Below, one piece after another: positions 51,167-61,084 of a stretch of DNA of 64,000 nucleotides; within the stretch, counting starts at the first letter, position 1, and each line of letters starts with the position of its first letter. The stretch comes from an uncultured archaeon (GTDB taxonomy: Archaea > Altiarchaeota > Altiarchaeia > IMC4 > QMZM01). The stretch covers positions 5,246 to 69,245 of the forward strand of contig CAZJVE010000002.1 in NCBI GenBank assembly GCA_964549685.1, read 5' to 3'. Both the position numbers and the translations under genes were made by a program. The notes beneath the pieces are model-generated. The model saw only the letters and a program-made list of their open reading frames with translations, was not told the DNA's origin and made no database searches.

Positions 51167-51764
51167 GAAGCTCCCCGGCTACGTCGATGAGGTAGTCATA
51201 GTCGACGGGCATTCCAAGGACAAGACAGTAGCGGTTGCCAAGAAATTCGGAGCCAGGGTGGTCTACGACGATGTCGGCAAAGGCTCCGCGCTCCGCGTAG
51301 GGATGAAGGAGGTAACGGGCGACATAATCATAATGATGGACGCCGACTGTTCACATATCCCAAGCGAGATAGGCCTTCTCGTTGCCGGGATACAGTCCGG
51401 CTTTGACATCTGCATGGGCTCCAGGTTCCTACAGGGCGGGGGAACGGAGGACATGACCCTGCTCCGGAAATTCGGCAACAAGTTCTTCGTCTTCCTGGTG
51501 AACCGGCTCTGGGGCATGAACTACTCTGATTTATGCTACGGCTATCGCTCCCTGAGGAAGGACAGCATCGATAAACTGGAACTGGAATCCGACGGTTTCG
51601 GTGTTGAAACGGAACTATCCATAAAAGCGGCAAAGAAGAAACTTAGAGTCCTTGAAGTCCCGAGCTACGAAAAGGCAAGGGCATCCGGCGAAGGGAAACT
51701 CAGAACCTTCCACGACGGCCGGCTTATCCTGGGAAGAATCCTGACCGAGCTGTTAAGGAGATAG
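51093..51764 (+). CDS. family 2 glycosyltransferase, polyprenol/dolichol-phosphate sugar synthase-like (Dpm1/Ppm1 type)
   Basis: Contains ISVIIPTLNEEKNL...VVIVDGHSKDKT...MMDADCSH (the DxD region). It is a 223-aa soluble-type enzyme. Confidence 0.85.
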   Translation: MKNKEKISVIIPTLNEEKNLPKVLEKLPGYVDEVVIVDGHSKDKTVAVAKKFGARVVYDDVGKGSALRVGMKEVTGDIIIMMDADCSHIPSEIGLLVAGIQSGFDICMGSRFLQGGGTEDMTLLRKFGNKFFVFLVNRLWGMNYSDLCYGYRSLRKDSIDKLELESDGFGVETELSIKAAKKKLRVLEVPSYEKARASGEGKLRTFHDGRLILGRILTELLRR

Positions 51765-51765
51765 T

Positions 51766-52635
51766 CTATCTGCCCCTCACGACCAGGTCCGCGAGCAGGC
51801 CAAACAGCACAACCTGCACTGACGCCACCATCAGTATGACGGTAGTCACGTCCATGAACCTGTCCATGAAGATGCTGGAGTACAGGAACACGGATATCCC
51901 CGCAAGGAACAGCGCCAATCCAATGGGTAAAAAAATCTTCAGCGGGTTGAAGTACATGATGGTCCTGATAATCAGAACAATGAACCTGGACCCGTCCCGG
52001 AACGGCCTTATCTTGCTCTTCCCCTTCCTCTTGTGATAGTCTATCGGGACATACTTCACTGTATAATTGTTGCTTATATATGCAAGGGTTATCGTGGTCG
52101 TGAACGAGAACCCGGAGGAAATCAGGTTGAACAGCCCCATGACCTCTTTCTTTCTGAAAACCCTCAGCCCGGAATTCAAATCCGGAATTTTCACCCCTGA
52201 CAGATAGTTCGCCAGCCCGGACAGGAACCACTTTGCGGGCTTTCTGTACGCCTGTATCTTTACGTCCTTCCCAGTCCTTGCGCCCACCACCATGTCATAC
52301 TCATCGATGTGCTTCAGGAGCTTGGGAATGTCCCCAGCGGGATACGTGCCATCGGCATCGGCAATCAGAACCCACTCGCCACTGGCATGCTTTATCCCAT
52401 TCTTCAAAGAGGCCCCGTATCCCTGGTTGAAGGAATGGACGACCACCTCTATGCCGTCTATCCCCCTTAAGACCTCCAGGCTTTTGTCATCGCTTCCGTC
52501 GTCTATGGCTATTATCTCATAGCCATGCCCGGACTTGTCCATGACCCCTTTAATATCCTTGATAGTCGAGCGCACCAGGTCCTCTTCATTAAAGACCGGA
52601 ATCAGTATGGATATATCCACGCTATTCTTTTTCAT
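51766..52635 (-). CDS. family 2 glycosyltransferase with two C-terminal TM helices (GtrB/ArnC/DPM1-like polyprenol-phosphate glycosyltransferase)
   Basis: Contains ISILIPVFNEE...IIAIDDGSDD...IADADGTYP. The two TM helices at the C-terminus match the GtrB/ArnC family architecture. Confidence 0.85.
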   Translation of the reverse strand: MKKNSVDISILIPVFNEEDLVRSTIKDIKGVMDKSGHGYEIIAIDDGSDDKSLEVLRGIDGIEVVVHSFNQGYGASLKNGIKHASGEWVLIADADGTYPAGDIPKLLKHIDEYDMVVGARTGKDVKIQAYRKPAKWFLSGLANYLSGVKIPDLNSGLRVFRKKEVMGLFNLISSGFSFTTTITLAYISNNYTVKYVPIDYHKRKGKSKIRPFRDGSRFIVLIIRTIMYFNPLKIFLPIGLALFLAGISVFLYSSIFMDRFMDVTTVILMVASVQVVLFGLLADLVVRGR

Positions 52636-52638
52636 TGC

Positions 52639-53331
52639 CTATAGCCTCCTTAGACTCGCCACAATCCTGTGTTTCAGGACCGGCGGAACGCGTTTTACCT
52701 CAATGACATCAAAGTACCCCTTACTAATCCGTTCCAGGAAAGGAACGCTCCCCTCGTGGAGGTGCCACTCGTAGTCTTCCTGTTTCCTGGCGGCATGGAG
52801 GATTCTTGAAAGCCCGATCTTTTTGATTATGGACATTATCTTCTTAATCCTCAGTTCGTCGGGTATGCTCACCACAAGTAAGCCCTTGGGATTCAGCAAC
52901 GAATAGACGTTTTTCATGACCTTTTCAGGCTTGGGCACGTGCTCCAGCATCTCCGAGCACAGAATCTTGTCGAACTTTTCGTCCATCTTCAGGTTCTGGG
53001 CGTCACCGAACTGCACCCTGGCATCAATACCGCGTTCATCAATAAGCTCCTTCGCCCTCTTTAAAGCTACTCTGGATATGTCGACGCCGACTATCTTTTT
53101 GGCCTTGGGAAGCATGGTAAGGCAATAGCCCTCGCCGCAGCCGAGGTCAAGGACCGAATCATCCTCTGAAATTTTCGCCATGTTCACGATAGTTTTCAAT
53201 CGCAACAGCTCAACCAATCTCAGCAGAAAATTCTTGCTCTCAAACAACGTCCCTTCTCCATGATATTTCCTGACCATGTCATCGTTCCATTGAGACAGTT
53301 CATCCGTGGATGATTCCTTGGAAATTACCAT
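52639..53331 (-). CDS. class I SAM-dependent methyltransferase
   Basis: Motif I is VLDLGCGEGY. The post-I acidic residue is VGVDIS, and the motif II region is ILCSEMLEH. Confidence 0.85.
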   Translation of the reverse strand: MVISKESSTDELSQWNDDMVRKYHGEGTLFESKNFLLRLVELLRLKTIVNMAKISEDDSVLDLGCGEGYCLTMLPKAKKIVGVDISRVALKRAKELIDERGIDARVQFGDAQNLKMDEKFDKILCSEMLEHVPKPEKVMKNVYSLLNPKGLLVVSIPDELRIKKIMSIIKKIGLSRILHAARKQEDYEWHLHEGSVPFLERISKGYFDVIEVKRVPPVLKHRIVASLRRL

Positions 53332-54734
53332 TTCAAGTGCTCAATTGCAAGGTTAATTAGGTGGGCAAAGTCATTAACGTTCTTTACCTCCCTCAGGACG
53401 TTTACTGATGCCTTGGGCCTCAGGTAGAACGAGAGATAGGCACTCCTTACCCCTGCCATAATCTCCCTTGAAGACAGCTGCGGATAGCTCACCGCCGAGG
53501 TCCCGCCCTGGTTTATGCACTCCCACCGCTCTGCCGACAGCCAGCCGTTTTTTACGCACTGCTCATAGAATTTGGTGCCGGGATACGGCGAGGCCACGTG
53601 GAATATGGCAAAGGTAATGGGCAGCTTCTTTGCAAAATCAATCGTCTCCTTCATCGTTTCCTTCGTCTCTCCCTTAAGCCCGAGGATGAAATAGCCATAG
53701 ACCTTTATCTTTGCCTCCTTAGCCCACCTCACAGCATCGACCGCCTGCTCAAGAGTGGCCTCCTTCTCACAGTCCTTGAGAATCTTTGCAGAGCCGCTTT
53801 CGATGCCGTAGGCAATCATCCAGCACCCCGCCTTTTTCATCCACCCGAGCATCTCCTCATCCACGGTATCGACGCGGGAGTTGCAGCCCCAGGACATGCC
53901 CAGCTTCTGCTCTATCATGAGCTTGCAGAGCCTGATGACCCAGTCCTTGTGAACGGTAAACGTGTCCGAGTGGAATATGAAACTGTTAACGCCCATCCCC
54001 TTCAGCATAACCAGCTCCTTCATGACATTCTCGGGAGAGCGCATCCTTACCTTCTTCTGCCACATTATCGGCTGCCTGCAATAGGTGCAGGAATACGGGC
54101 AACCTCTGCTTGACACCACGAACGTAAACCTGGAGGCGATGAACGGAAACACGTACTTGTCTATCGGCAGGAGGTCCTGCCTTGCGATGGGCAGCTCGTC
54201 AAGGTTGTCCAGAAACGGCCTTGGCTTATTGATTACTGTCTTCTTGCCATCCCTGTACGCCAGGCCCTTTATCTTCGAAAGCTCCTTTTTATCCTCCAGG
54301 GCATGAATCAGCTCCTTGAATGTAAGCTCCGGCTCACCTATCATGATATAGTCCAGCTCCGGACAATCCTTGAAGGACTCCTCTACCAGCTCCGTCACGT
54401 GAGGGCCCATGCAAATCGTCTTGGTCCCGGTGATTCTCTTTGCCTCCGTGAACGCCCTGAAGTCGTTCGTAGACACAGATGTAATCACATGCGAGGCCAT
54501 GTACCTCGGCCTTTCCTTCTCCAGAACCCCTATAAAATCCTCCCAGTCGAATTTCTCGGCAATGCAGTCAACAATCTTTACGCTCATATCCTCTGGAAGC
54601 ATCGCGGCCATATAAGCCAGATTCGTCTGCGGCCATATAATCTTCTCCTTACTCGTTCTCCCGGACCTGTTAAAGTCCCGGATGATTATGGACTTGTCCG
54701 GCGAGGGGGGATTCACTAACAGAACGTCAACCAT
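53325..54734 (-). CDS. B12-binding-domain radical SAM enzyme (class B)
   Basis: An N-terminal cobalamin-binding-like Rossmann segment is followed by SSRGCPYSCTYC (CxxxCxxC). Confidence 0.88.
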   Translation of the reverse strand: MVDVLLVNPPSPDKSIIIRDFNRSGRTSKEKIIWPQTNLAYMAAMLPEDMSVKIVDCIAEKFDWEDFIGVLEKERPRYMASHVITSVSTNDFRAFTEAKRITGTKTICMGPHVTELVEESFKDCPELDYIMIGEPELTFKELIHALEDKKELSKIKGLAYRDGKKTVINKPRPFLDNLDELPIARQDLLPIDKYVFPFIASRFTFVVSSRGCPYSCTYCRQPIMWQKKVRMRSPENVMKELVMLKGMGVNSFIFHSDTFTVHKDWVIRLCKLMIEQKLGMSWGCNSRVDTVDEEMLGWMKKAGCWMIAYGIESGSAKILKDCEKEATLEQAVDAVRWAKEAKIKVYGYFILGLKGETKETMKETIDFAKKLPITFAIFHVASPYPGTKFYEQCVKNGWLSAERWECINQGGTSAVSYPQLSSREIMAGVRSAYLSFYLRPKASVNVLREVKNVNDFAHLINLAIEHLKW

Positions 54735-54792
54735 CTTTAGAATATTTATTATCTACTGAGAGTTAAAATAAAAGGCCAGCCTCTTAATATCT

Positions 54793-56490
54793 TTGATAAT
54801 GAAAAAACCGTACAGGCTTCTTGGAGTGAGGGCCGAGGTCTGGCTCATTCTCATCCTCTTTTTCGCCCTGTTCATCAGGATGTATTTCTTTGTGGGATTT
54901 GTCAACAACGACCCGCAGGATGACGGCATCTACATAAGCAAGGCAAAAGAGCTTGCTCTTGGCGGAGAATTCTCGGATTTCAAATGGGCTGCTGACCTGG
55001 TATCAAGGGAGGATACAATCAACCCTGCTCATCAGTTCCTTTTCAGGTGGATGATGATATTCCCCGTTATGGCGTCCTTTATGCTCTTTGGATTCAGCGA
55101 TTTTAGCGCAGTCCTCTTCCCCCTGCTATGCTCCCTTGGCAGCGTTGTGCTCATATTCTACATGGGGAAAAACCTGTTCAATGAAAAGGCGGGTCTCATC
55201 GCCGCGTTTCTCCTTTCCTTCTTTCCGCTGAACGTCATCTATTCCACCCGGATAACGCCGGAGATACCGCTCGCGTTCTTCATGGCCCTGTCCGTTTTCA
55301 TGTTCCTTCTTGGCGAGCAAAGAAAAGGAGACCGGGTATTTCTCAATCTAAAGAACCTGTACTTTCTGCTGTCGGGCGTTTTTCTTGGCGTCGGATATCT
55401 CGTAAAGGAGTCCGCAATAATACTCCTGCCATTCTTCATCGCCTATGTCCTGTACCGGAGAGGAATCCGCAAGGAGTACCTGCTCATCTTTATTGGCTTC
55501 CTTGCAATCTTTTCCATCGAGGGCCTCTATTACTATGACAATACCGGGGATTTCTTCCTGCGCCCCCATCTGAATTCAAAGGTCGCGGCCTTCAAGTACG
55601 AGGTGGAGCTTGAGAGGCTACTCAAATCCGAAAATGTCTATGGCATGGTAGAGGTAATCTACGTGTCCAACCCCGACCTGTACCCAAAGCTATTGCTGAA
55701 CCAGAAGCCCCACTGGAGGTCAAAGATAAACGAAAGCTTTGGGTACTTCTACTACTTCGTTTTACTGTCCCTGGCCGCCCTCACCTGGTACCGGTTCCGG
55801 GGCAAGTGCCCCAAAAAGGCGCACATACCGGTACTCTGGGCGCTGTCCCTGTTCCTGTTCCTCGAATTCGGGCCGATGGGGTTTAAACTCAATTCCGCCA
55901 ACGCATGGCTTGAATACCGCGTAATAGTCAAGAGCCTTAGGTACCTGACGATGCTGACTATTCCCTCTTTGCTCATCATCGCATCGTTTCTCAGCATCGA
56001 CACCAAGAAAATCAAATTCCTTATCCTGCCTCTCACCCTTATAATCCTGCTTGCAAGCTCGATTCCCATAATGGGAACCGTTCACACAGACTTCGTATCT
56101 CGCATAGAGGGCATCAGGGAGGCATCCGACTTCCTCAAGGCCCACCCCGGGGTAAGAGTATATTCCGACTTCCTTGGCGTCGGGTTTATGAGATACTACA
56201 CCGGCTATACCGGAAACTATACGTTTAAAGGCTTTGGTTACCCTAAATACTCTCCATCCTTCACCATAGACAAGATTAAAAACGACTCGTTCGTCGTGGT
56301 CGGGGGCTCCAGGGGCTCCGTGGGGTGCAAGGGCGTAGTTAGACGCATGTCTCCCCCCTTCGCCTCTGACCCGCCCGAAAGCTGGGTTCTCATGAGGGAT
56401 ATCCCAAGCAGGGTCGAATTATGCCGTAAAAATAAATGGAATCTAAAGATATACTACGTACCATCACAAGATGAAACTGATACTGCTTAA
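54793..56490 (+). CDS. GT-C fold glycosyltransferase, PMT_2/ArnT (GT39/GT83-like) family
   Basis: About 12 TM helices. The first extracytoplasmic loop carries the acidic motif NNDPQDDGIYISKAKE, as in PMT/ArnT (DE/DD motif). A soluble C-terminal domain follows. Confidence 0.75.
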   Translation: MIMKKPYRLLGVRAEVWLILILFFALFIRMYFFVGFVNNDPQDDGIYISKAKELALGGEFSDFKWAADLVSREDTINPAHQFLFRWMMIFPVMASFMLFGFSDFSAVLFPLLCSLGSVVLIFYMGKNLFNEKAGLIAAFLLSFFPLNVIYSTRITPEIPLAFFMALSVFMFLLGEQRKGDRVFLNLKNLYFLLSGVFLGVGYLVKESAIILLPFFIAYVLYRRGIRKEYLLIFIGFLAIFSIEGLYYYDNTGDFFLRPHLNSKVAAFKYEVELERLLKSENVYGMVEVIYVSNPDLYPKLLLNQKPHWRSKINESFGYFYYFVLLSLAALTWYRFRGKCPKKAHIPVLWALSLFLFLEFGPMGFKLNSANAWLEYRVIVKSLRYLTMLTIPSLLIIASFLSIDTKKIKFLILPLTLIILLASSIPIMGTVHTDFVSRIEGIREASDFLKAHPGVRVYSDFLGVGFMRYYTGYTGNYTFKGFGYPKYSPSFTIDKIKNDSFVVVGGSRGSVGCKGVVRRMSPPFASDPPESWVLMRDIPSRVELCRKNKWNLKIYYVPSQDETDTA

Positions 56491-57832
56491 CCCTCCCGCG
56501 AAGGAGAAGTACGTGAAGGAATCGAGATGTCAGCACAGGGCAGCCGTATTCCAGTCAGTCTATCCCCCCATGACTCTGGCGTACATAGCATCCCTGACAA
56601 GAAACGAGAACGACGTCCTCCTCATCGACGCAATCGGTGACGGAATCTCCGAGAGGGACGTAATCCACACGGTCCAGGAATTCGACCCCGATTTGATTAT
56701 TGTTAACACGACAACCCCCACCATAAACAATGACCTTGAGGTGATTCGCAGACTGAAGAAGGTCTCCCGATTCAAGTCCGCGATGTTCGGAGTCCATGCG
56801 ACCCACTTCGCAAAGGAACTCATCAAAATGCCGCAGCTCGATATAGTGATCCGGGGCGAGCCCGAAATCACCTCCTATGAGCTTACAAGGAAAGACCTCA
56901 AGGACGTTGAGGGAATAATCTACAAGGAAGGCAACAAGGTCAGAGAGAACCACGGCCGCAAGCCCCTGGACGTCAATGCCCTGTCCTTCCCGGCCTGGGA
57001 CCTCGTCAACCTGGGCAACTACAGGATGCCCATTATCGCCGAGAGCTACGTACTCCTGGCTACGGGAAGGGGCTGCCCCTACGACTGCTCCTTCTGCGTC
57101 TCGACCTCCTACTACGGCAAGAAGTTCAGGTGCAGGGAGGTGGACTCAGTTATAAAAGAAATTCACTATGCCAAGTCCATGGGAATTAAAAATTTTTTCT
57201 TCTTTGTTGAAACCTTCACATTAAATAAAAAATTCGTCCTCGAGCTCTGTGACAGAATCATCGATGAAAAGCTGGACATCCGCTGGGTCTGCAACTCAAG
57301 AGTCGATACGGTAACCCAGGAGATGTTCGACAGCATGAGGAGGGCGGGCTGCTGGCTCATCTCCTTCGGCATAGAGAGCAGCAGCCAGAAGGTCCTCGAC
57401 AACGTCAAGAAGGGAATAAAGCCCGAGCAGTCCAAAAAGGCGGTAAAGATGGCCCACCGCGCAGGCATCGCAACAATCGGCCATTTCGTCTTTGGCCTGC
57501 CCGGCGAGACGGAAGACTCGATAAAAAAGACCATAAGATTCGCCCGGGGAATTCCCCTGAACTTCGCCGAATTTTATATTGCGACTCCGTTCCCCGGCTC
57601 CGACCTCTTCAGCGAAATGGATGGCAGGAATTATGCCGAAATCAATTGGGATGAATTCGAATATTCTCATCAGAATCTATGCAAGGAACTGAATCTCGAG
57701 AAATACAGAAAGAAGGCATACATGCAGTTCTACCTCAGGCCGTGGCTAATCCTCCGGGACTTGCGAATCTTCGGCCTGAGCAACCTGCCGAAGCTCATCA
57801 TCGGCGGCATCAGGTTCCTGACGACCATCTGA
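56471..57832 (+). CDS. B12-binding-domain radical SAM enzyme (class B), paralog of 53325..54734
   Basis: Carries TGRGCPYDCSFC and has the same architecture and length as its paralog. Confidence 0.88.
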   Translation: MKLILLNPPAKEKYVKESRCQHRAAVFQSVYPPMTLAYIASLTRNENDVLLIDAIGDGISERDVIHTVQEFDPDLIIVNTTTPTINNDLEVIRRLKKVSRFKSAMFGVHATHFAKELIKMPQLDIVIRGEPEITSYELTRKDLKDVEGIIYKEGNKVRENHGRKPLDVNALSFPAWDLVNLGNYRMPIIAESYVLLATGRGCPYDCSFCVSTSYYGKKFRCREVDSVIKEIHYAKSMGIKNFFFFVETFTLNKKFVLELCDRIIDEKLDIRWVCNSRVDTVTQEMFDSMRRAGCWLISFGIESSSQKVLDNVKKGIKPEQSKKAVKMAHRAGIATIGHFVFGLPGETEDSIKKTIRFARGIPLNFAEFYIATPFPGSDLFSEMDGRNYAEINWDEFEYSHQNLCKELNLEKYRKKAYMQFYLRPWLILRDLRIFGLSNLPKLIIGGIRFLTTI

Positions 57833-57836
57833 CAAA

Positions 57837-58067
57837 ATGAGAAAATCAGAATCCATTAAAGGCCTGCAGAGCCTGTGCAACATAGGCCCCAAAACGGCAG
57901 AGAGGCTTTACTCACTCGGCATCAAAACGCCCGAGCAGATGAGGAAATCAGACCCTGAGAAGCTGTACGAAAGACTAAGAAACAAAGAGGGTGGCAGGCT
58001 GGACCGGTGCGTCCTCTATCAGTTCCAGGGAGCAGTCCGTGATGTCCCCTGGTGGGAATGCAAGTGA
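57837..58067 (+). CDS. small helix-hairpin-helix protein (Cdd1/McrB-like HhH)
   Basis: LQSLCNIGPKTAERLYSLGIKTPEQM is an HhH motif. Size is 76 aa. Confidence 0.5.
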   Translation: MRKSESIKGLQSLCNIGPKTAERLYSLGIKTPEQMRKSDPEKLYERLRNKEGGRLDRCVLYQFQGAVRDVPWWECK

Positions 58068-58074
58068 TATAAAT

Positions 58075-59307
58075 TCAACCCCTGATTATCTTAACGCTCT
58101 TTATCCCCTGGGGAGTAACCCTGTCAACCTCGATTGTAACCTTCCCCAGCTTTATCTTTTCTCCCTCCTCCGGAATTCTCTGGAGCCGGTGCTCGATAAA
58201 GCCCGCAAGCGTATTGAAGTGCTCTCCCTTGAGCCCCAGGTGAAGCACCCTGTTAATCTCCTCGATCGACACCCTCGCATCCACCCTGATTAGGTTGTCG
58301 CTTACCTTTTTGATGTGGACGCTCTCCCTCCTGCTCTTGTCGAAGATGTCCCCGACTATCTCCTCAAGCACGTCCTCAATCGTTACCAGTCCGGAGACGT
58401 CGCCGTATTCGTTAACAACAATGGCCATCGGGACATCCCTACCCTCGAACTCTGAAAGAAGGTCATCAATCCTCTTGGACTCCGGGACGAAATATACCTC
58501 CCTCACAATACCCTTTATCTTAACATTCACCTTGTCGTCCTTGACGTGTTTCAGGACATCGTCAACATCAAGCACGCCAATTATCTTGTCCTCGTTTCCT
58601 TCATAAACTGGATACCTGGAATAGGGCATCTTAACAATGAAATCGATGACGTCCTTCAGTTTTGCCTCGGAGTCAATCGTTTTCATCTTCGTCTTCGGCG
58701 TCATAATCTGTGTAACCCTCGTATCCTCGAACTCCAGTAGATTGCGCATCATCTCGGCCGCCTCCCGGTTCAGTATCCCCTCCTTGACGCCCATCGTAAC
58801 CATAATTTCCAGCTCCTCTTCCGAGAGTTGCTTTTGTTCCCTTGAGCCAAGCAGCCTCGAGGTGCCCTTGGATATCGCCTCAAAGGACCTGACAATCGGT
58901 GACAGGATATACGACAACAATTCGATGGGCCATGCAACCAGCAGAGATATACTCTCGGCATTCTGGCTTGCAAACGTCTTCGGCGTTATTTCACCAAAAA
59001 TCAGGATTAAAAAGGCCATAACCCCCGTCGCAATCCCCAAACCGCTTGAGCCGAACAAGCCGGTAAAGATTACTGTCGCAAGCGATGCCGCTGCGACATT
59101 GGCCAGGGTATTCCCTATAAGTATTGTTATTATAAGCCTGTGAGGGTTCTGCTTAAGTCGATAAAGGGAATCGGAGCCCCACTTTTCCTGCTTGACCAGG
59201 GACTTGACCTTTATCATACTGACCGATATCACGGCAATCTCGACCCCCGAAAAAAACGCGGACAGCCCAATCAAGAAGAACAGGGCCAGTATCTGAATCT
59301 CCAGCAT
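58075..59307 (-). CDS. CNNM/DUF21-CBS-CorC_HlyC family transporter-associated protein (hemolysin-family)
   Basis: Four N-terminal TM helices (DUF21), a CBS pair, and a C-terminal CorC/HlyC domain (LAGFIEHRLQRIPEEGEKI). Confidence 0.9.
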   Translation of the reverse strand: MLEIQILALFFLIGLSAFFSGVEIAVISVSMIKVKSLVKQEKWGSDSLYRLKQNPHRLIITILIGNTLANVAAASLATVIFTGLFGSSGLGIATGVMAFLILIFGEITPKTFASQNAESISLLVAWPIELLSYILSPIVRSFEAISKGTSRLLGSREQKQLSEEELEIMVTMGVKEGILNREAAEMMRNLLEFEDTRVTQIMTPKTKMKTIDSEAKLKDVIDFIVKMPYSRYPVYEGNEDKIIGVLDVDDVLKHVKDDKVNVKIKGIVREVYFVPESKRIDDLLSEFEGRDVPMAIVVNEYGDVSGLVTIEDVLEEIVGDIFDKSRRESVHIKKVSDNLIRVDARVSIEEINRVLHLGLKGEHFNTLAGFIEHRLQRIPEEGEKIKLGKVTIEVDRVTPQGIKSVKIIRG

Positions 59308-59385
59308 TTGAATACCTCGTACCTATTAACTATATCACCTCCATATAATAAAATTTAAACCCCCAATCGCAATCCTTACTCTAAA

Positions 59386-61083
59386 ATGTACGTTCTCGGC
59401 ATATGGGACGGTCACGACGCCGGCGCTGCGATAGTCAAGGACAACAAGATTCTCGTGGCAGTCAATGAAGAGAGGTTCACGAAGAAGAAGCTGGACATCG
59501 GCTTCCCTGAGAATTCCGTGAAGGAGTGCCTGAGATTCACGAACCTGAAGCCCACTCACATCCAGAAAATAGCCGTCACAACCACTGATTTTGCAAAGAC
59601 CCTAACCCGGCTAGTTCCGGGCATGAAGGAGAAGTACTACCTCTTCCGGAGGAGGAAGGTCTCCAAGCCGTCCCTGGACGAATCCAGGAGGCACTTCAAA
59701 TACACAACAACGGAGATAAAGGAGCTCCCCCTCTGCAGGAAGCTGAGCAACATCTACTTCAAGGGCCACCTGAACAGCATTGGCTTCAAGGACTATGAGA
59801 TTCACTGGGTGGACCACCACGCTGCCCATGCGGCAGCTGCCTCCATCTGCAGCGGCTTCGACAAGGCCCTCGCCATAACCCTGGACGGAGTAGGAGACGC
59901 CCTCTCAGGCACGGTGAACATCTTTGAGGAGGGCGAGATAAAGAGAATATCATCCATCCCCGCGAGGGACTCCTTTGGAATCTTCTACGAGCAGATAACC
60001 ACCCTTCTTGGCATGAGAGAGCTTGAAGATGAAGGAAAGGTCATGGCCCTCGCGGACTTCGCCTATAAAGTACCCGACGAAGAAAACAAGCTCATAGACT
60101 TCTTCGAGGTCGACGGCCTCCAGGTAAAATGCAAATACTCGACCATAGGGAAATACTCCCGGCTTAAGAAGATTCTCTGGAACACCCCCCGCGAGGAGCT
60201 GGCCTTCATGGCCCAGCGGACTATAGAAAAGCACATAACCCAGCTCTTCACAAACGCAATCGAGGAAACAGGGATAAAGAACGTCTGCTGGTCTGGGGGA
60301 ATAGCCTCCAACATCAAGGTCAATCTCAAGGTAAGGCAGGAATCAGGGATGAAGGACTGGTTCGTCTTCCCGCACATGGGCGACGGCGGCCTTGCCGCTG
60401 GCGCTGCCCTCTACCTTTCATTGCAGGAGACCGGGAAGCCCGCCAGGAGGCTCGAGAACGCCTACCTCGGCAACGAATTCTCCAATGAACAGATAGAGGA
60501 ATCCCTCAGGAAATACAAGGATAAGATAAGATTCGAATACAGGGAGGACATAGCAAAATACTCCGGCGAATACCTTGCTGACGGAAATTTCATGCTATGG
60601 TACCAGGGCAGAATGGAGTTCGGCCCAAGAGCCCTGGGCAACCGCTCCATAATCGCCCCCGCATCTCCCATAGAAATCAAGGACAAGCTGAACCTCCAGA
60701 TAAAGAAACGCTCCTGGTTCCAGCCTTTCTGTCCCTCTCTCCTGGAGGAGCATGCCAAGAAGATATTCTCCGACGCAGATTCATACGACCGTCTCATGAC
60801 CATGGGCTACTGGACAAGGCCCGAAATAAGGGACAAGGTCATCTCCGTAATCAACGTTGATGGCTCTGCAAGGCCGCAGATGCTGGGCGACGAGAACCCC
60901 CGGTTCAGACAGCTCCTGAAAACCGTAGCCAAGAAGACCGGCCTCGGTGTCATCCTGAACACCAGCTTCAACCTGCACGGCTATCCGATAGTGTGCACTC
61001 CTGAAGATGCCGTTGACATGATGCTGAATTCAAAGGCCCCTACAATGGCCGTCGGCAACTTCCTGATAGAGCTTAAGAAGTAA
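59386..61083 (+). CDS. carbamoyltransferase (NodU/CmcH family)
   Basis: The N-terminus MYVLGIWDGHDAGAAIVKDNKILVAVNEERFTKKK is typical of the family. Also present are NTSFNLHGYPIV and a length of 565 aa. Confidence 0.9.
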   Translation: MYVLGIWDGHDAGAAIVKDNKILVAVNEERFTKKKLDIGFPENSVKECLRFTNLKPTHIQKIAVTTTDFAKTLTRLVPGMKEKYYLFRRRKVSKPSLDESRRHFKYTTTEIKELPLCRKLSNIYFKGHLNSIGFKDYEIHWVDHHAAHAAAASICSGFDKALAITLDGVGDALSGTVNIFEEGEIKRISSIPARDSFGIFYEQITTLLGMRELEDEGKVMALADFAYKVPDEENKLIDFFEVDGLQVKCKYSTIGKYSRLKKILWNTPREELAFMAQRTIEKHITQLFTNAIEETGIKNVCWSGGIASNIKVNLKVRQESGMKDWFVFPHMGDGGLAAGAALYLSLQETGKPARRLENAYLGNEFSNEQIEESLRKYKDKIRFEYREDIAKYSGEYLADGNFMLWYQGRMEFGPRALGNRSIIAPASPIEIKDKLNLQIKKRSWFQPFCPSLLEEHAKKIFSDADSYDRLMTMGYWTRPEIRDKVISVINVDGSARPQMLGDENPRFRQLLKTVAKKTGLGVILNTSFNLHGYPIVCTPEDAVDMMLNSKAPTMAVGNFLIELKK

Positions 61084-61084
61084 A